A stretch of DNA of 64,000 nucleotides, from the NCBI GenBank assembly GCA_002297045.1, contig DBJE01000003.1, positions 65,537-129,536 of the forward strand. The letters are read 5' to 3'. The number at the start of each line of letters is the position of its first letter. Position 1 is the stretch's first letter. A program made the position numbers and the translations under genes. Below, piece after piece: positions 8,423-18,072 of the stretch. This DNA is from Bacillales bacterium UBA784 (GTDB taxonomy: Bacteria > Bacillota_I > Bacilli_A > RFN20 > CAG-288). The notes below the pieces were generated by a model. It made no database searches and was not told the origin of the DNA. It worked only from the letters and a program-made list of their open reading frames with translations.

Positions 8423-10294
8423 TTAAGCCTTCTTTTCGGCTTCCTTCCTCTTCTTTGTCTGCAGCTTCTCTTCCTTCCTTGCTTTTTCGGCTTCCTTGAT
8501 TTTCTGCTTCTGAATCAGCTGACGCTGTTTCTTCCGCTCATGACGTTCCTTTTCCTTGGTGTGACGATAGACAAGGGTGAAAATCCAACCTCCAAGTCCG
8601 CCGACGATAAGAAGAAGGACGATGACATAGACCCAGGTAGGAAGGAATTTGTTCTTTACTCTCCTCCACCTCTGGGTAATCTTATCGTTCTGGCTTCCGT
8701 AGTCGTTCCTGATGGAAAGGGACGGAAGGAGGGATTCCTCCGGGTAGGAGGCATCAAAGCGACGGTTATGTTCCGTGGCAGGGATGTAGAAGACGGTATC
8801 TTCATCCGTATATTCATCTAGCGTGCCTTTGAAGAAGTAATCGATGTTCCGTTTATAGACGGAGTTTTCTTTTTCTTCCTCGGTCAGGGAGGCGATGTCT
8901 TTCTGGTCGACGACGGTGTATTCGTCAAGAAGATCCGGATTGTACACCCTCTCGCCATCATCGTTTTCTTCATAACGGACGTCACCGAAGTTCTCCTTGA
9001 CATAATCGAGGATGGTATCAGAGCCGATGACCGGGGTGTAACCGATCCAGTCCCTGTTTTCTTCGGCAATTTCCGGCTTCGAGATGTAGTCGACGAAAGC
9101 CTCTGCGATTTCCTTGTTTCCCCGCTTCTCGACAGCCTTAGGAAGGGCCCAGCAGTCGACCCAGATGTTTCCGCCTTCATCCGGAATCGTATACTTCAGC
9201 GTAACCGGTTCAAAGGATTTGTCATCCGGATAGGCTTCCCTATGTTCCTCGTTGAACTCGTCTGCCCTGTCCATGGCCCATACGGCATCGCCGGACCAGG
9301 CAAGGTTGATGGCGAAGTATTGTCCTTTTGCCCTGTCGGACTTTCCAGAGTCGACTTCAAAACCGTAGGCATTGTCCCGTAGAGTCTTCAGGTTTGCTTC
9401 GACTTTGGCGATAGTGTCATCGTCACAGAAATTGAACAGGCGGGTGAATTTGTTATTGTATTCTTCGGCAGTATAGACTCCTTCTTCGTATTTTTTCTTA
9501 AGGGTGTTAAACCCTTCTTCCTGCTTTCCATCCAGGGTAAAGTCATTGGCGTAGGTGTAAAGGATTCCTGCGGCGTAGGTGTCACGCCTTGAATCCTTGA
9601 TGGATACCCTGTTTTCGTACTTCTTATCCCATAAGGAAGCCCAGTCTTTCCTGTCCTCGTCCCTTTGTTCGGGAGAGATGCCACGCTGGGAAAGCTTTTT
9701 GAATTCGGTATTGTAGAGGATGCCTAAGGTCCCCCACCTGTAGCCTCTTGCATATTGGTTGAAGTTTCCTTTTCCCTCGTCCCTATGGATCTTCGAGAGC
9801 TTATCCTTGATGTAAGGAGAACAATACTGACCATAGGTAGGAGTAGTAGAGTAGGCATCAGAGGCAAATTCTTCGTTTGTTTCAAAAGGAATGATTAAGT
9901 CATCCTTGATCCTTTTTTCGATGATATAGTCAGAGGCACAGACAAGGTCGTATTCCGATCCCATCTTCAATTGGGAAAGCCTGTTTTCCCTGGTGTCGAA
10001 ACAGGAATAGGAGACACGGACATTCCTTCCTTTTTCCTCTTTCCTATAGTCTTCGAATTCCTGGATGACGCCCTTGGAAATGACATTTCCGTCATCATCG
10101 ACGTCTTCTTCGGCAATATAATCCTGGGAATTATAGACGTTAAGGACAATCTCATCGCTATTAGCGGCTTTGATCCGGTTCGCCCTTTTTATGGCATCCT
10201 GGTTTGCACTATAGAAAACACCAGTGGAATTGATGGCAATGAACGAAAGGGAGCCGAGGAACAAAAGACCAGAGACAATCTTTTTAGATTTCAT
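8423..10294 (-). CDS. potD: spermidine/putrescine ABC transporter substrate-binding protein with C-terminal TM anchor and Lys/Glu-rich tail
   Basis: Last gene of the potABCD-like operon. N-terminal signal/TM (MKSKKIVSGLLFLGSLSFIA), large periplasmic-binding-type body, C-terminal TM (WVYVIVLLLIVGGLGGWIF) plus KE-rich tail. Start at the ATG at 10294 after GGAGAG, overlapping the potC stop. Confidence 0.75.
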   Translation of the reverse strand: MKSKKIVSGLLFLGSLSFIAINSTGVFYSANQDAIKRANRIKAANSDEIVLNVYNSQDYIAEEDVDDDGNVISKGVIQEFEDYRKEEKGRNVRVSYSCFDTRENRLSQLKMGSEYDLVCASDYIIEKRIKDDLIIPFETNEEFASDAYSTTPTYGQYCSPYIKDKLSKIHRDEGKGNFNQYARGYRWGTLGILYNTEFKKLSQRGISPEQRDEDRKDWASLWDKKYENRVSIKDSRRDTYAAGILYTYANDFTLDGKQEEGFNTLKKKYEEGVYTAEEYNNKFTRLFNFCDDDTIAKVEANLKTLRDNAYGFEVDSGKSDRAKGQYFAINLAWSGDAVWAMDRADEFNEEHREAYPDDKSFEPVTLKYTIPDEGGNIWVDCWALPKAVEKRGNKEIAEAFVDYISKPEIAEENRDWIGYTPVIGSDTILDYVKENFGDVRYEENDDGERVYNPDLLDEYTVVDQKDIASLTEEEKENSVYKRNIDYFFKGTLDEYTDEDTVFYIPATEHNRRFDASYPEESLLPSLSIRNDYGSQNDKITQRWRRVKNKFLPTWVYVIVLLLIVGGLGGWIFTLVYRHTKEKERHERKKQRQLIQKQKIKEAEKARKEEKLQTKKRKEAEKKA

Positions 10295-11159
10295 GCTTTT
10301 CTCTCCACTTCTGATGGTTCTTTCCTTTGGTCGAACCATTCTTCTTTGCCTTATAGGAATCGACAAGAGTCTTTACAACAATGATGATGACGACGGTAAG
10401 GAAGAGCAGGGTGCAATAGGCACGCCTTTCCGGAGGAACATCTCCCCGTTTGATCTTCTCTTCGACCAGGGTAGAGACGGTCTCGATGGTATCCTTTCCG
10501 TTCAATAGTCCGCTTCCGCGGGTAAAGAAGGTGACGATGAAGTCGTCCAAGGAAAGAGAGAAGGCGAGGGAGAATCCGGCAAAGATGCCAGGCCTGATTT
10601 CCGGAATGATGACACGGTGAAGGGCTTTTGTCGGAGTATAGCCAAGATCAAGGGCAGCTTCATAAAGGGCGGGATCCCTCTGAATGAGCTTTGGTTTGAC
10701 GTTAAGATAGACAAAAGGAACGGCAAGGCAGCAATGGCCAATCAAAAGTGTCCAGAATCCTTTGATGTCATTTCCACCCCTTAGATGTTGTCCGATGAAG
10801 ACAAAGGTGACGGCGAGAGAAATGGCCATCACAATTTCGGCATTGACTACCGGAATCTGGTTGACCTTTTCCCAAAGACCGCGCCACCGCTTTTTGGAGT
10901 AGAAAAGACCGATTGCGCCTAGAGTTCCGACAACCACGGAAACGACAGATGCAATAAGGGCAAGAAGAAGGGTGTTTCCGATGGCTCTCAGGGATTCGGC
11001 AGACTTGAAGAGTTTGACGTAAAGCTGGAAGGAGAACCCGTTCCACTGTCCGACCATTTCCGTATTGGTGAAGGAAGAGGCGATTAAATAGATGATAGGA
11101 AGATACCTTAGGGCAAGAATCAGATAGACAAAAGAGGACTTCAGAATCTTTTTTACCAT
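10284..11159 (-). CDS. potC: spermidine/putrescine ABC transporter permease
   Basis: Six-TM BPD-type permease with an EAAxDLG loop (YEAALDLGYTPTKAL). Operon position matches. Confidence 0.85.
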   Translation of the reverse strand: MVKKILKSSFVYLILALRYLPIIYLIASSFTNTEMVGQWNGFSFQLYVKLFKSAESLRAIGNTLLLALIASVVSVVVGTLGAIGLFYSKKRWRGLWEKVNQIPVVNAEIVMAISLAVTFVFIGQHLRGGNDIKGFWTLLIGHCCLAVPFVYLNVKPKLIQRDPALYEAALDLGYTPTKALHRVIIPEIRPGIFAGFSLAFSLSLDDFIVTFFTRGSGLLNGKDTIETVSTLVEEKIKRGDVPPERRAYCTLLFLTVVIIIVVKTLVDSYKAKKNGSTKGKNHQKWREKHEI

Positions 11160-11962
11160 GATGCGCTGCCCTCCTTTTCACTGCTGTCATTAAACTTCTT
11201 CGTGACAATCCTGGCGACAAAGATGATGACGAGCCTGATTAGGGCCATGAAGGAACCGCCTTCCCAGTCTGAATTGGAGAAGCTGGTTTCAATGGAATTA
11301 CCAAAGAGCCTTAATTGACGCTCAGACCTGACATCGGTGATGACGTAGGAAGAAATCGTCGGCCTAAAGACCATCCTGCAGGCCGAGATGATGCCAGGCC
11401 TGGACTGAGGGAGGATAGAGCGGGTGAAGGTGTGGAAAGGATTACAGCCAAGATCCTTGGCTGCCTCAATCTGAGAGTGGTCCAATTTAAGAAGAGTGGA
11501 ATGAAGCGGGATGATGGTGAAAGGAAGATAGTCGGCAACTAGACCGATGATTGCAGAGAGATAAGGAAGCTCTCCTGTCGACTTACCGAACCATCCATAG
11601 ACGACATTGAGTAAGTCACGGAGTGCGCCGGTGCGGAGAACGAAGTTAATCCACCTAGGGATAACGAAGAGCATGACGAAGACAGAAGAGGACTTGAAGC
11701 TGCTTCCGGCAAGAATCCAGGCAATCGGGAATCCGATCAACCTGCAGACAATCGTGGTGACAAGTCCGATAAGGAGGGAGACAAAGAGGACGTTCAGCTT
11801 CGTCCTGTTCGAGAAGAAGTCGACAAAGGCCTGAAAAGTGAAATATCCCTGGGAATCGGTGAAGGCATAGTAGACGATGAAGAGCCTAGGCCTGATGACA
11901 AAGAGGATTTCAAACAGGACAAAAGGGATGCAAAGTCCCTTCCGATATGTTTTATAAAACAT
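11153..11962 (-). CDS. potB: spermidine/putrescine ABC transporter permease
   Basis: BPD-type permease with EAAKDLGCNPFHTF. Overlaps potA and potC ends. Confidence 0.85.
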   Translation of the reverse strand: MFYKTYRKGLCIPFVLFEILFVIRPRLFIVYYAFTDSQGYFTFQAFVDFFSNRTKLNVLFVSLLIGLVTTIVCRLIGFPIAWILAGSSFKSSSVFVMLFVIPRWINFVLRTGALRDLLNVVYGWFGKSTGELPYLSAIIGLVADYLPFTIIPLHSTLLKLDHSQIEAAKDLGCNPFHTFTRSILPQSRPGIISACRMVFRPTISSYVITDVRSERQLRLFGNSIETSFSNSDWEGGSFMALIRLVIIFVARIVTKKFNDSSEKEGSASW

Positions 11963-13649
11963 AGTCTTCCAGGTTTCCTTTGAGTTTTAAGGCAATATTC
12001 TTTTTATCGACGCGTAGGCCGACGACATCGCCGACATTGAAGGTGTAGGGAGTGAAAACATAGAAGTCTTCTTCTTCCTCGCTACGGACAAGCAGTTCAT
12101 AGTGGTCGCCGACATAGACGGAAGAGATGACTTCCCCGCTTTCCTCGGCTTCCGACGTATCATCGGAAATAATGAAATTCTCCGGTGCGATGGAAGCCAC
12201 GACATCGGCATCGTTGAAGTCATACTTCTTTTTGTCCGGGCCGACCAGGTAGCCTTCCTCATCCCTTGTGGACTTGGCGACTAACTGGGTGAGGTCGCAG
12301 TCGAACGGATGTTCGTCGATATAGACCTTATTGTCCTTGCCGATATAGGCATCACGATAGACGTTGCTCGTATCACTCTTCTTCCTGAGATGGATTCCGT
12401 CCGGACGGATCTGGATGTAGATAGGCTTAGACCTGTCAAAGTCCTTGATGGACTGAGCAGTGACTTCATTGCGTCCGACCATGATGGTGTACTGGTAATG
12501 AATGCCTTTAAAGACCTTTTGGGTAATCTTTCCTTCCACATACCCCTCTTTCGGCTCTAAGGAATAGTGGATATCCTCAGGACGGACAACGACGTCTACA
12601 CGTTCATTGAGCTTGAACTGGTCTTCGCATTCCCAGTTTGCACCAAGGAAGTGCACTTTGTTTCCTTCCCTCCTCGTGCCAGAGTAGATGTTGGAAGATC
12701 CGATGAAGTCGGCAACGAAGGCGTTCTTCGGCTCGTTGTAGATATCTTCCGGCGTTCCAATCTGCTGAATGACTCCGTCATTCCTGACGATGATGGTATC
12801 GGACCTGGTCAGAGCCTCTTCCTGGTCATGGGTGACATAGATAAAGGTGATGCCAAGCTTCTTGTGCCTTTCCTTTAATTCAAGCTGCCTGTCCTTCCGC
12901 CTCTTTAAGTCAAGGGCGCCGAGAGGCTCATCAAGCAGAAGAATCTCAGGCTCGTTGATGATGGCGCGGGCGATGGCAACACGCTGCTGTTGCCCACCGG
13001 AGAGAGTGGAAATATCACGGTCTTCTAGCTCATCAAGGTCGACGATGCTTAAGGCATGGACGACGGCATCATCGATTTCCTTGTCTGTGAGATGACGGAA
13101 CTTCCTTGCGGGGCGGGGATTGGCGAGAACTTCCTCAAGCTGCGAAGAGAAGGCATCGATTCGCTTCTCTTTTTCCTCTTCCGCCCTGATTTTATCCTTT
13201 TTCCTTCGCTTTATCTGGCTCTTAAGATATTTAACCTGGGCCTTATCGACCTTTAGGACAGGATTTCCCTCCTTATCCTTTAATTCCCTAGGAATCTTCT
13301 TGTTGCGAAGACCGAAGGCGACGTTGTCGTAGACATCTAGGTTAGGGAAGAGAGCATAATGCTGGAAGACGGTGTTGATCGGACGCTTATAAGGCGGAAC
13401 CGGAGTAATATCCTTTCCGTTAAGAAGGATATCGCCGGAATCCGGATTCTCAAAACCGGCAATCCTGCGTAAAGTGGTGGACTTTCCGCATCCTGACGGT
13501 CCCAAAATGGTGACGAACTCACCTTTTCGGATGTTCAGATTCCTTTTGTCAATAACCGTAACGCCATCGTAGATTTTCGTCAGATTCTGAAGCTGAATGA
13601 TGTACTGGCTCTGTTTCGAGTCCAGTGACGTCTCATCGAAACGATTCAT
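11952..13649 (-). CDS. potA: spermidine/putrescine ABC transporter ATPase with large internal insertion
   Basis: Walker A GPSGCGKST, signature LSGGQQQRVAIARA, Walker B LLLDEPLGALD, C-terminal TOBE-like region. An insert of about 80 aa rich in K/E lies between the Q-loop and the signature. Start at the ATG at 13649 (MNRFDE) after AGGGGGG. Confidence 0.9.
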   Translation of the reverse strand: MNRFDETSLDSKQSQYIIQLQNLTKIYDGVTVIDKRNLNIRKGEFVTILGPSGCGKSTTLRRIAGFENPDSGDILLNGKDITPVPPYKRPINTVFQHYALFPNLDVYDNVAFGLRNKKIPRELKDKEGNPVLKVDKAQVKYLKSQIKRRKKDKIRAEEEKEKRIDAFSSQLEEVLANPRPARKFRHLTDKEIDDAVVHALSIVDLDELEDRDISTLSGGQQQRVAIARAIINEPEILLLDEPLGALDLKRRKDRQLELKERHKKLGITFIYVTHDQEEALTRSDTIIVRNDGVIQQIGTPEDIYNEPKNAFVADFIGSSNIYSGTRREGNKVHFLGANWECEDQFKLNERVDVVVRPEDIHYSLEPKEGYVEGKITQKVFKGIHYQYTIMVGRNEVTAQSIKDFDRSKPIYIQIRPDGIHLRKKSDTSNVYRDAYIGKDNKVYIDEHPFDCDLTQLVAKSTRDEEGYLVGPDKKKYDFNDADVVASIAPENFIISDDTSEAEESGEVISSVYVGDHYELLVRSEEEEDFYVFTPYTFNVGDVVGLRVDKKNIALKLKGNLEDYVL

Positions 13650-13777
13650 GGAAAGGACCCCCCTTTTTTTACGCTGAAAGTTATATAGAAAACGAAAGGA
13701 AAAATCAATCATTTTTTTAAAAAATTTTTTAGCGAAAAACCGAAATCAAAAAAGCAGAAACTAAAATCAAAGTTCAT

Positions 13778-13797
13778 TGTCTAGAAAATATAGACAA
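13778..13797. promoter_or_regulatory. perfect 7-bp inverted repeat (TTGTCTA-n6-TAGACAA), candidate operator in the divergent potA/HAD promoter region
   Basis: Seen in the AT-rich 360-bp intergenic region. No cognate regulator identified. Confidence 0.3.
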
Positions 13798-14008
13798 AAT
13801 ATTGTCGTTTACTAGTTTTTAATAATACAAACAATCGATGAACAGAATAAAAAGATTTTGAACAAAAAACAAAGTAGGGAATTTTAAAAAATTCTTTACT
13901 TTTTTTGCTTAAAAACAAGGTGACTTTTCCCGCTTGGCATCCCCCCTCTTTTTCTAGCCCGTTTTTTTGCTTCTTTCTGTGCTATAGTAATGCCTGAGGT
14001 GAGGTGAA

Positions 14009-14677
14009 ATGAACAGCAAATATCAGTCCTTTATTTTCGATAGGGATGGCACGATTGTCGCAACGAGGGAAGACATTGCCGATAGTGTCAATCTTTCCTT
14101 GGAACATCATCATCTTCCTACCCATCCGCTGAACGAGAGGATGACCTTTATCGGAAACGGATCAGTCAAACTGATTCAGCGTGCGTTGGGGGAAGGACAC
14201 CTTGATCAGTACGAATCCGTTTTCGATGAGTACTACCGAATCTATGCTAAGCACTATAAAGATAAGACTCATCCTTTCCCGGGGATCATTGAATCCCTTG
14301 AATATGCCAAAAGCAGTGGCATTCTTCTCTTTATTTATACGAATAAGCCACAGAATATTGCTCTGGATGTCAGGAAAACCTACTTTGGAGACTTGTTCAC
14401 CAAGATGGTCGGAATCCCTCTTGGAGGAGTGGTTAAACCTGATCCCAAGGCTTTCCTCGAGCAGACTAAGCCTTATCATCTTGACTTTGCCAAGGCTGCC
14501 TATTTCGGTGATTCCGTCACTGATCTTCAGACTGCCTTTAATCTTCATATCGAAAACCGCTATTCTGTCCTCTGGGGATACCAAAGCAAGGAAAAACTTC
14601 TTTCCTATCCTATCCAGCCCAAGGCGTTCCTTGCATCCCCACTCCAGATTAAAGATGTAGTTGACGGGAAAATTTAG
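14009..14677 (+). CDS. HAD-superfamily phosphatase (phosphoglycolate phosphatase-like)
   Basis: Motif I FIFD-AGG-DGT (DMDGT if AGG=Met), motif III/IV K...YFGDSVTD. RBS GAGGTGAGGTG. TGCTATAGT extended -10 upstream. Confidence 0.8.
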   Translation: MNSKYQSFIFDRDGTIVATREDIADSVNLSLEHHHLPTHPLNERMTFIGNGSVKLIQRALGEGHLDQYESVFDEYYRIYAKHYKDKTHPFPGIIESLEYAKSSGILLFIYTNKPQNIALDVRKTYFGDLFTKMVGIPLGGVVKPDPKAFLEQTKPYHLDFAKAAYFGDSVTDLQTAFNLHIENRYSVLWGYQSKEKLLSYPIQPKAFLASPLQIKDVVDGKI

Positions 14678-14762
14678 GAAAAACATCGTTTTTCTTCCTT
14701 TTTTCCGTTGCAACTGAAAGAAAAAGAGATTAGAATATCTAACCAAATCGAGGAGGCATCAG

Positions 14763-15335
14763 ATGATTGTTCTAACCGGACCTTCTGCCAGCGGCAAGAC
14801 TGCCACGTGTCTTTATCTTCAGGAACACTACGGGATCAAGAAAGTCATCACGCATACGACCCGTCAGAGGCGTAAGGGCGAAGTCAACAACGTTGACTAT
14901 CATTTCGTTTCTGTGGAAGAGTTCAGGAAGAGGAAGGCGAACGATGAATTCATCGAGACTACCTTCTATAACGGAAACTACTACGGAACAAGCCGCAAGG
15001 AAGTCTCCATCGATAAATGCAGGGCTGTGGAAGGGGCAGGGGCAAAGACCTATAAATCCTTCCATGATCCGAAAATCGTCCTCTTCTATAGGCTTCTTGA
15101 CGAGAAAACAAGACGGGAGAGAAGGGAAAGCCGGGGAGATGACCCGGAAAAAATCAAGGCCCGTCTTCTCAATGATGAAAAGGCCTTCTGCCTCGATGAG
15201 GAAAGGAAGAAGATCGTCGATGTCTATGTCGATACGAAAAAATACGATATCCCTTCCGTTGCCGAGTACATTTATTCGCAGTATCTTGAGGTCCTAAAGA
15301 AAAACGGGGTGGATACTTCCTCCTTGATAAAGTAA
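14763..15335 (+). CDS. gmk: guanylate kinase
   Basis: P-loop GPSASGKT, then THTTRQ-AGG-RKGEVNNVDYHFVS (the TTRxMRxGE...DYxF motif). RBS GAGGAGG. Confidence 0.9.
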   Translation: MIVLTGPSASGKTATCLYLQEHYGIKKVITHTTRQRRKGEVNNVDYHFVSVEEFRKRKANDEFIETTFYNGNYYGTSRKEVSIDKCRAVEGAGAKTYKSFHDPKIVLFYRLLDEKTRRERRESRGDDPEKIKARLLNDEKAFCLDEERKKIVDVYVDTKKYDIPSVAEYIYSQYLEVLKKNGVDTSSLIK

Positions 15336-15340
15336 AACTA

Positions 15341-15368
15341 AGTCTCCTGCGGTCAGGGAGACTTTTTC
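15341..15368 (+). terminator. rho-independent terminator after gmk
   Basis: AGTCTCC-loop-GGAGACT followed by TTTTTC. Confidence 0.65.
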
Positions 15369-15384
15369 TGCTGCATAGGAAAAG

Positions 15385-15415
15385 AAAAACGCTCCGGCAG
15401 GGCCGGGGCGGTTTT
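15385..15415 (-). terminator. terminator after the 5-FTHF cyclo-ligase-like gene
   Basis: Minus strand: CGCCCCGG-loop-CCGGAGCG followed by TTTTTC. Confidence 0.6.
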
Positions 15416-15417
15416 TC

Positions 15418-15906
15418 TTAATAGAGTCTTAGTTGGTGGAAGATCGGAAGGTGTTTTTCTTTCTCTATGTTGTTCCTGTCGTTTTGGTATCCTACGGCAA
15501 TGGTATAAAGGTTCTTTCGGTTGGAAAGATAGTTTTCGTAATAATGGATGCCGTTTCTGTCTTCTTCGGCAATCTTTTCCCTAGGGACGATCCTCAGCCC
15601 TGGCTTATCGATGACAAGCTTTGTCTGATAGAGAGGTTCAAGGCTGTTTCTTCTTCCCCTGCGGAAGCCTGGGTTTCCGTCGATTCTGGCAAATACCCTG
15701 TCCTGGGAACTGATGAAGATAGGGGAAGCAATGATTTTTCCGTCTTGCAGTGCCTTGACGATGAGATACTGGGTGTCGATTTCGTTCTCTGCTCCGTCCG
15801 GAAGATAAATATAAAGGACTTCGGAGCTTTTATAATGGGAATCCTGTACGATTTCCCTCGCCCTTTTCCTTGATTTATCTTTTATCTGTTCGCTTGTCAA
15901 ACCCAT
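15418..15906 (-). CDS. 5-formyltetrahydrofolate cyclo-ligase family protein
   Basis: Size and layout typical of the MTHFS family (EIDTxxLI..., C-terminal G..YYExYL). Recognition by eye only. Confidence 0.55.
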   Translation of the reverse strand: MGLTSEQIKDKSRKRAREIVQDSHYKSSEVLYIYLPDGAENEIDTQYLIVKALQDGKIIASPIFISSQDRVFARIDGNPGFRRGRRNSLEPLYQTKLVIDKPGLRIVPREKIAEEDRNGIHYYENYLSNRKNLYTIAVGYQNDRNNIEKEKHLPIFHQLRLY

Positions 15907-16386
15907 GTTCTCTCCTCTCAGCGAAAACTAAACGTATAATTGCAATTCTCAATATAATAGGAAAGGAAACAAAGTTCAATTTGAAATCGCTTACGGAAAA
16001 GAAAAGGCAAGAAAAAAAGGATAAAATGTTTCTTTCTTTCAAAGGTATATAGGCTGGAGTCTAGAAAAATCTGATAAATAAAGGCAAAGGTTGGCAATAT
16101 GGTAAATAATCTAAACCATAATATGAAGTATATTTAAATTTACTTTGTAACTAAGACGAACGAAAAATGTCCAATCTATTTTCCCTGCTTCCGGAGGCGG
16201 CTTCTTTCCCGCCACTGTCTCTGTCAAGGGATTGCTTCTTTTTCTTTTCTATTGTGCAGCAGACCGGAAGAAAAAAAGGAAACCTTTCGTTTCCGACAGA
16301 ACTCAGACTTAATGGATAGACTTCTGCTGGTAAAGTTGTTTGCTTCTTCATCCGAGTCTCTCCCTTGGCCCCTATAATGGGAAACG

Positions 16387-17649
16387 ATGAAACGCATTGA
16401 CCGGAATATCCTAGCCATCGATTTGAAGTCGTTCTACGCTTCCGTAGAATGTCTGGACCGGAACAGGGATCCCTTCTCTACTCCTCTTGTCGTGGCCGAC
16501 GAGGAAAGAGGGGACGGAACCATTGTTTTGGCTGCCTCCCCGTTCATTAAGGCAAAATACGGAGTCAAGAGCCGCTGCCGGCTCTATGACGTCCCGAAAG
16601 ACATACCGGGACTAATCATCGCCAAGCCGAAAAGGAGCCGGTATCTTAAGGTCTCTGCCGGAATAAACCGGATTTACCGGGAATACGTCAGCAAGGAGGA
16701 CAGGCTCGTCTACTCCATTGATGAATCGTTTCTCGATGTCACTGATTATCTTTCCATCCACCACGACACTCCGGAATCCTATGCAAGAAAGATCATCCGG
16801 GAGATTAAGGACACGACGGGACTGACGGTGACGGCGGGAATCGGACTGAATCTTTTTATGGCTAAGGCGGCCATGGACATTGAGGCAAAACACAGAAAAG
16901 ACTGTCTTGCATCCTGGACCTATGATGATATCCCTTTGCATCTTTGGCCGATTGCGCCTTTGTCGAAGAGGTGGGGGATAGGCTCAAGAAGGGAAAAGCG
17001 TCTGAACCAGAGGGGATTCTATTCTGTCGGTGATATTGCCGTGTCCGATCCTCTCTTCCTGAAAAGAGAGCTTGGGGTCATCGGCGAGGAAATCTATTAT
17101 CATAGCCGCGGATATGATGATGCACTACTTAAGGACAGCTATGTCTCTAACCATCATTCCCTTTCTGTCGGGCAGGTTCTTCTCCGTGACTTTTCGGACA
17201 CGGAAAGGGTGACTTTGATCCGGGATAGGTCCATCGAGCTTTCTGACCGAAGGTACGAGGAGGGAGTAAAGGCAAACTCGTTTTTCCTTTACCTCGGATA
17301 TAAGGACCACTCGGGATACGGAAGGAAGGCGAGGTTCCTCTCTCCGACGGATTCGGCGGAAACGATAGGAAAAGAATTCACCCGTCAGTATAGGGGGCTA
17401 GCTCAGGATATCCGCTGCCATCTCTATCGTCAGATTTCCCTTGTGGCGGATAATGTCGCCTCTAAGGAAGAAGAACAGCTCTCTCTGTTTGAGGACTATC
17501 AGGAGAAGAAACGGATCGGATGCCTGGAAAAGGCTTTACTATCCATCCGGAAGCGGTACGGGCCGAGAAAAGCAAGGCCCTGTTCGGCAAGGACAAGGTC
17601 AAGTACGTTTCTGGCGAGAAGCAATCAGATAGGAGGACACCATGCATGA
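16387..17649 (+). CDS. Y-family translesion DNA polymerase (UmuC/YqjW/UvrX-like)
   Basis: N-terminal ILAIDLKSFYASVEC, SIDESFLDVT catalytic motifs, little-finger region. TATAAT 8 nt upstream of the ATG, no RBS. Confidence 0.85.
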   Translation: MKRIDRNILAIDLKSFYASVECLDRNRDPFSTPLVVADEERGDGTIVLAASPFIKAKYGVKSRCRLYDVPKDIPGLIIAKPKRSRYLKVSAGINRIYREYVSKEDRLVYSIDESFLDVTDYLSIHHDTPESYARKIIREIKDTTGLTVTAGIGLNLFMAKAAMDIEAKHRKDCLASWTYDDIPLHLWPIAPLSKRWGIGSRREKRLNQRGFYSVGDIAVSDPLFLKRELGVIGEEIYYHSRGYDDALLKDSYVSNHHSLSVGQVLLRDFSDTERVTLIRDRSIELSDRRYEEGVKANSFFLYLGYKDHSGYGRKARFLSPTDSAETIGKEFTRQYRGLAQDIRCHLYRQISLVADNVASKEEEQLSLFEDYQEKKRIGCLEKALLSIRKRYGPRKARPCSARTRSSTFLARSNQIGGHHA

Positions 17650-17951
17650 GAGGTAGGAAGAAATGGCTGCCGTTTAAGTCTCTGATTGGACAGTACGAAA
17701 GGCTGGATGAAAGGGATAAGGAGAGGGAGAAAGTCCCCCGCCCTGAGATTTCCCTTGATGAAAGGGAAGACATTAATAATACTTTGACAAGCCTTCGGAA
17801 GAAGGACAGAGTCAAGGTCACCTATTATGAAGACGGAAAAGTCCTTACGGAAAGGAAGACGTTCCTTTTCTGTGACCTTGTGCAGCTGAAAATCCGTTTC
17901 AAAGAAGGCTGGCTTCTTTTCGACAACCTTCTTGCCCTTTCCCGTGCATAG
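17646..17951 (+). CDS. YolD-like protein (accessory partner of UmuC-like polymerases)
   Basis: ATGA overlap with the polymerase stop. Begins MRG-AGG-KKWLPFKSL (the RGMxKWxPF motif if AGG=Met). Same gene order as yqjW-yqjX and uvrX-yolD in B. subtilis. Confidence 0.7.
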   Translation: MRGRKKWLPFKSLIGQYERLDERDKEREKVPRPEISLDEREDINNTLTSLRKKDRVKVTYYEDGKVLTERKTFLFCDLVQLKIRFKEGWLLFDNLLALSRA

Positions 17952-17977
17952 GACAATTGGGTGATAGGATGATCGGA

Positions 17978-18005
17978 TTAAGTGCTGCCCTAAGTCTTCT
18001 GCAGG
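17978..18005 (+). repeat. direct repeat copy 1 (TTAAGTGCTGCCCTAAGTCTTCTGCAGG) flanking the TA cassette
   Basis: 27/28 identical to 18755..18782. Weaker similarity extends over 17969..18024. Confidence 0.85.
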
Positions 18006-18072
18006 AAATGATCGAGAACGGATGAAATGGAAGGTGCCTACGAAATAAGATAGGCGTTTTTAATAGTAGGAT

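Noticed and set aside
16155-16175. Possible LexA/Cheo box (CGAACGAAAAATGTCC) upstream of the Y-family polymerase.
   Set aside because: The second half-site does not match GTTCG, and the site lies about 220 bp from the start codon.
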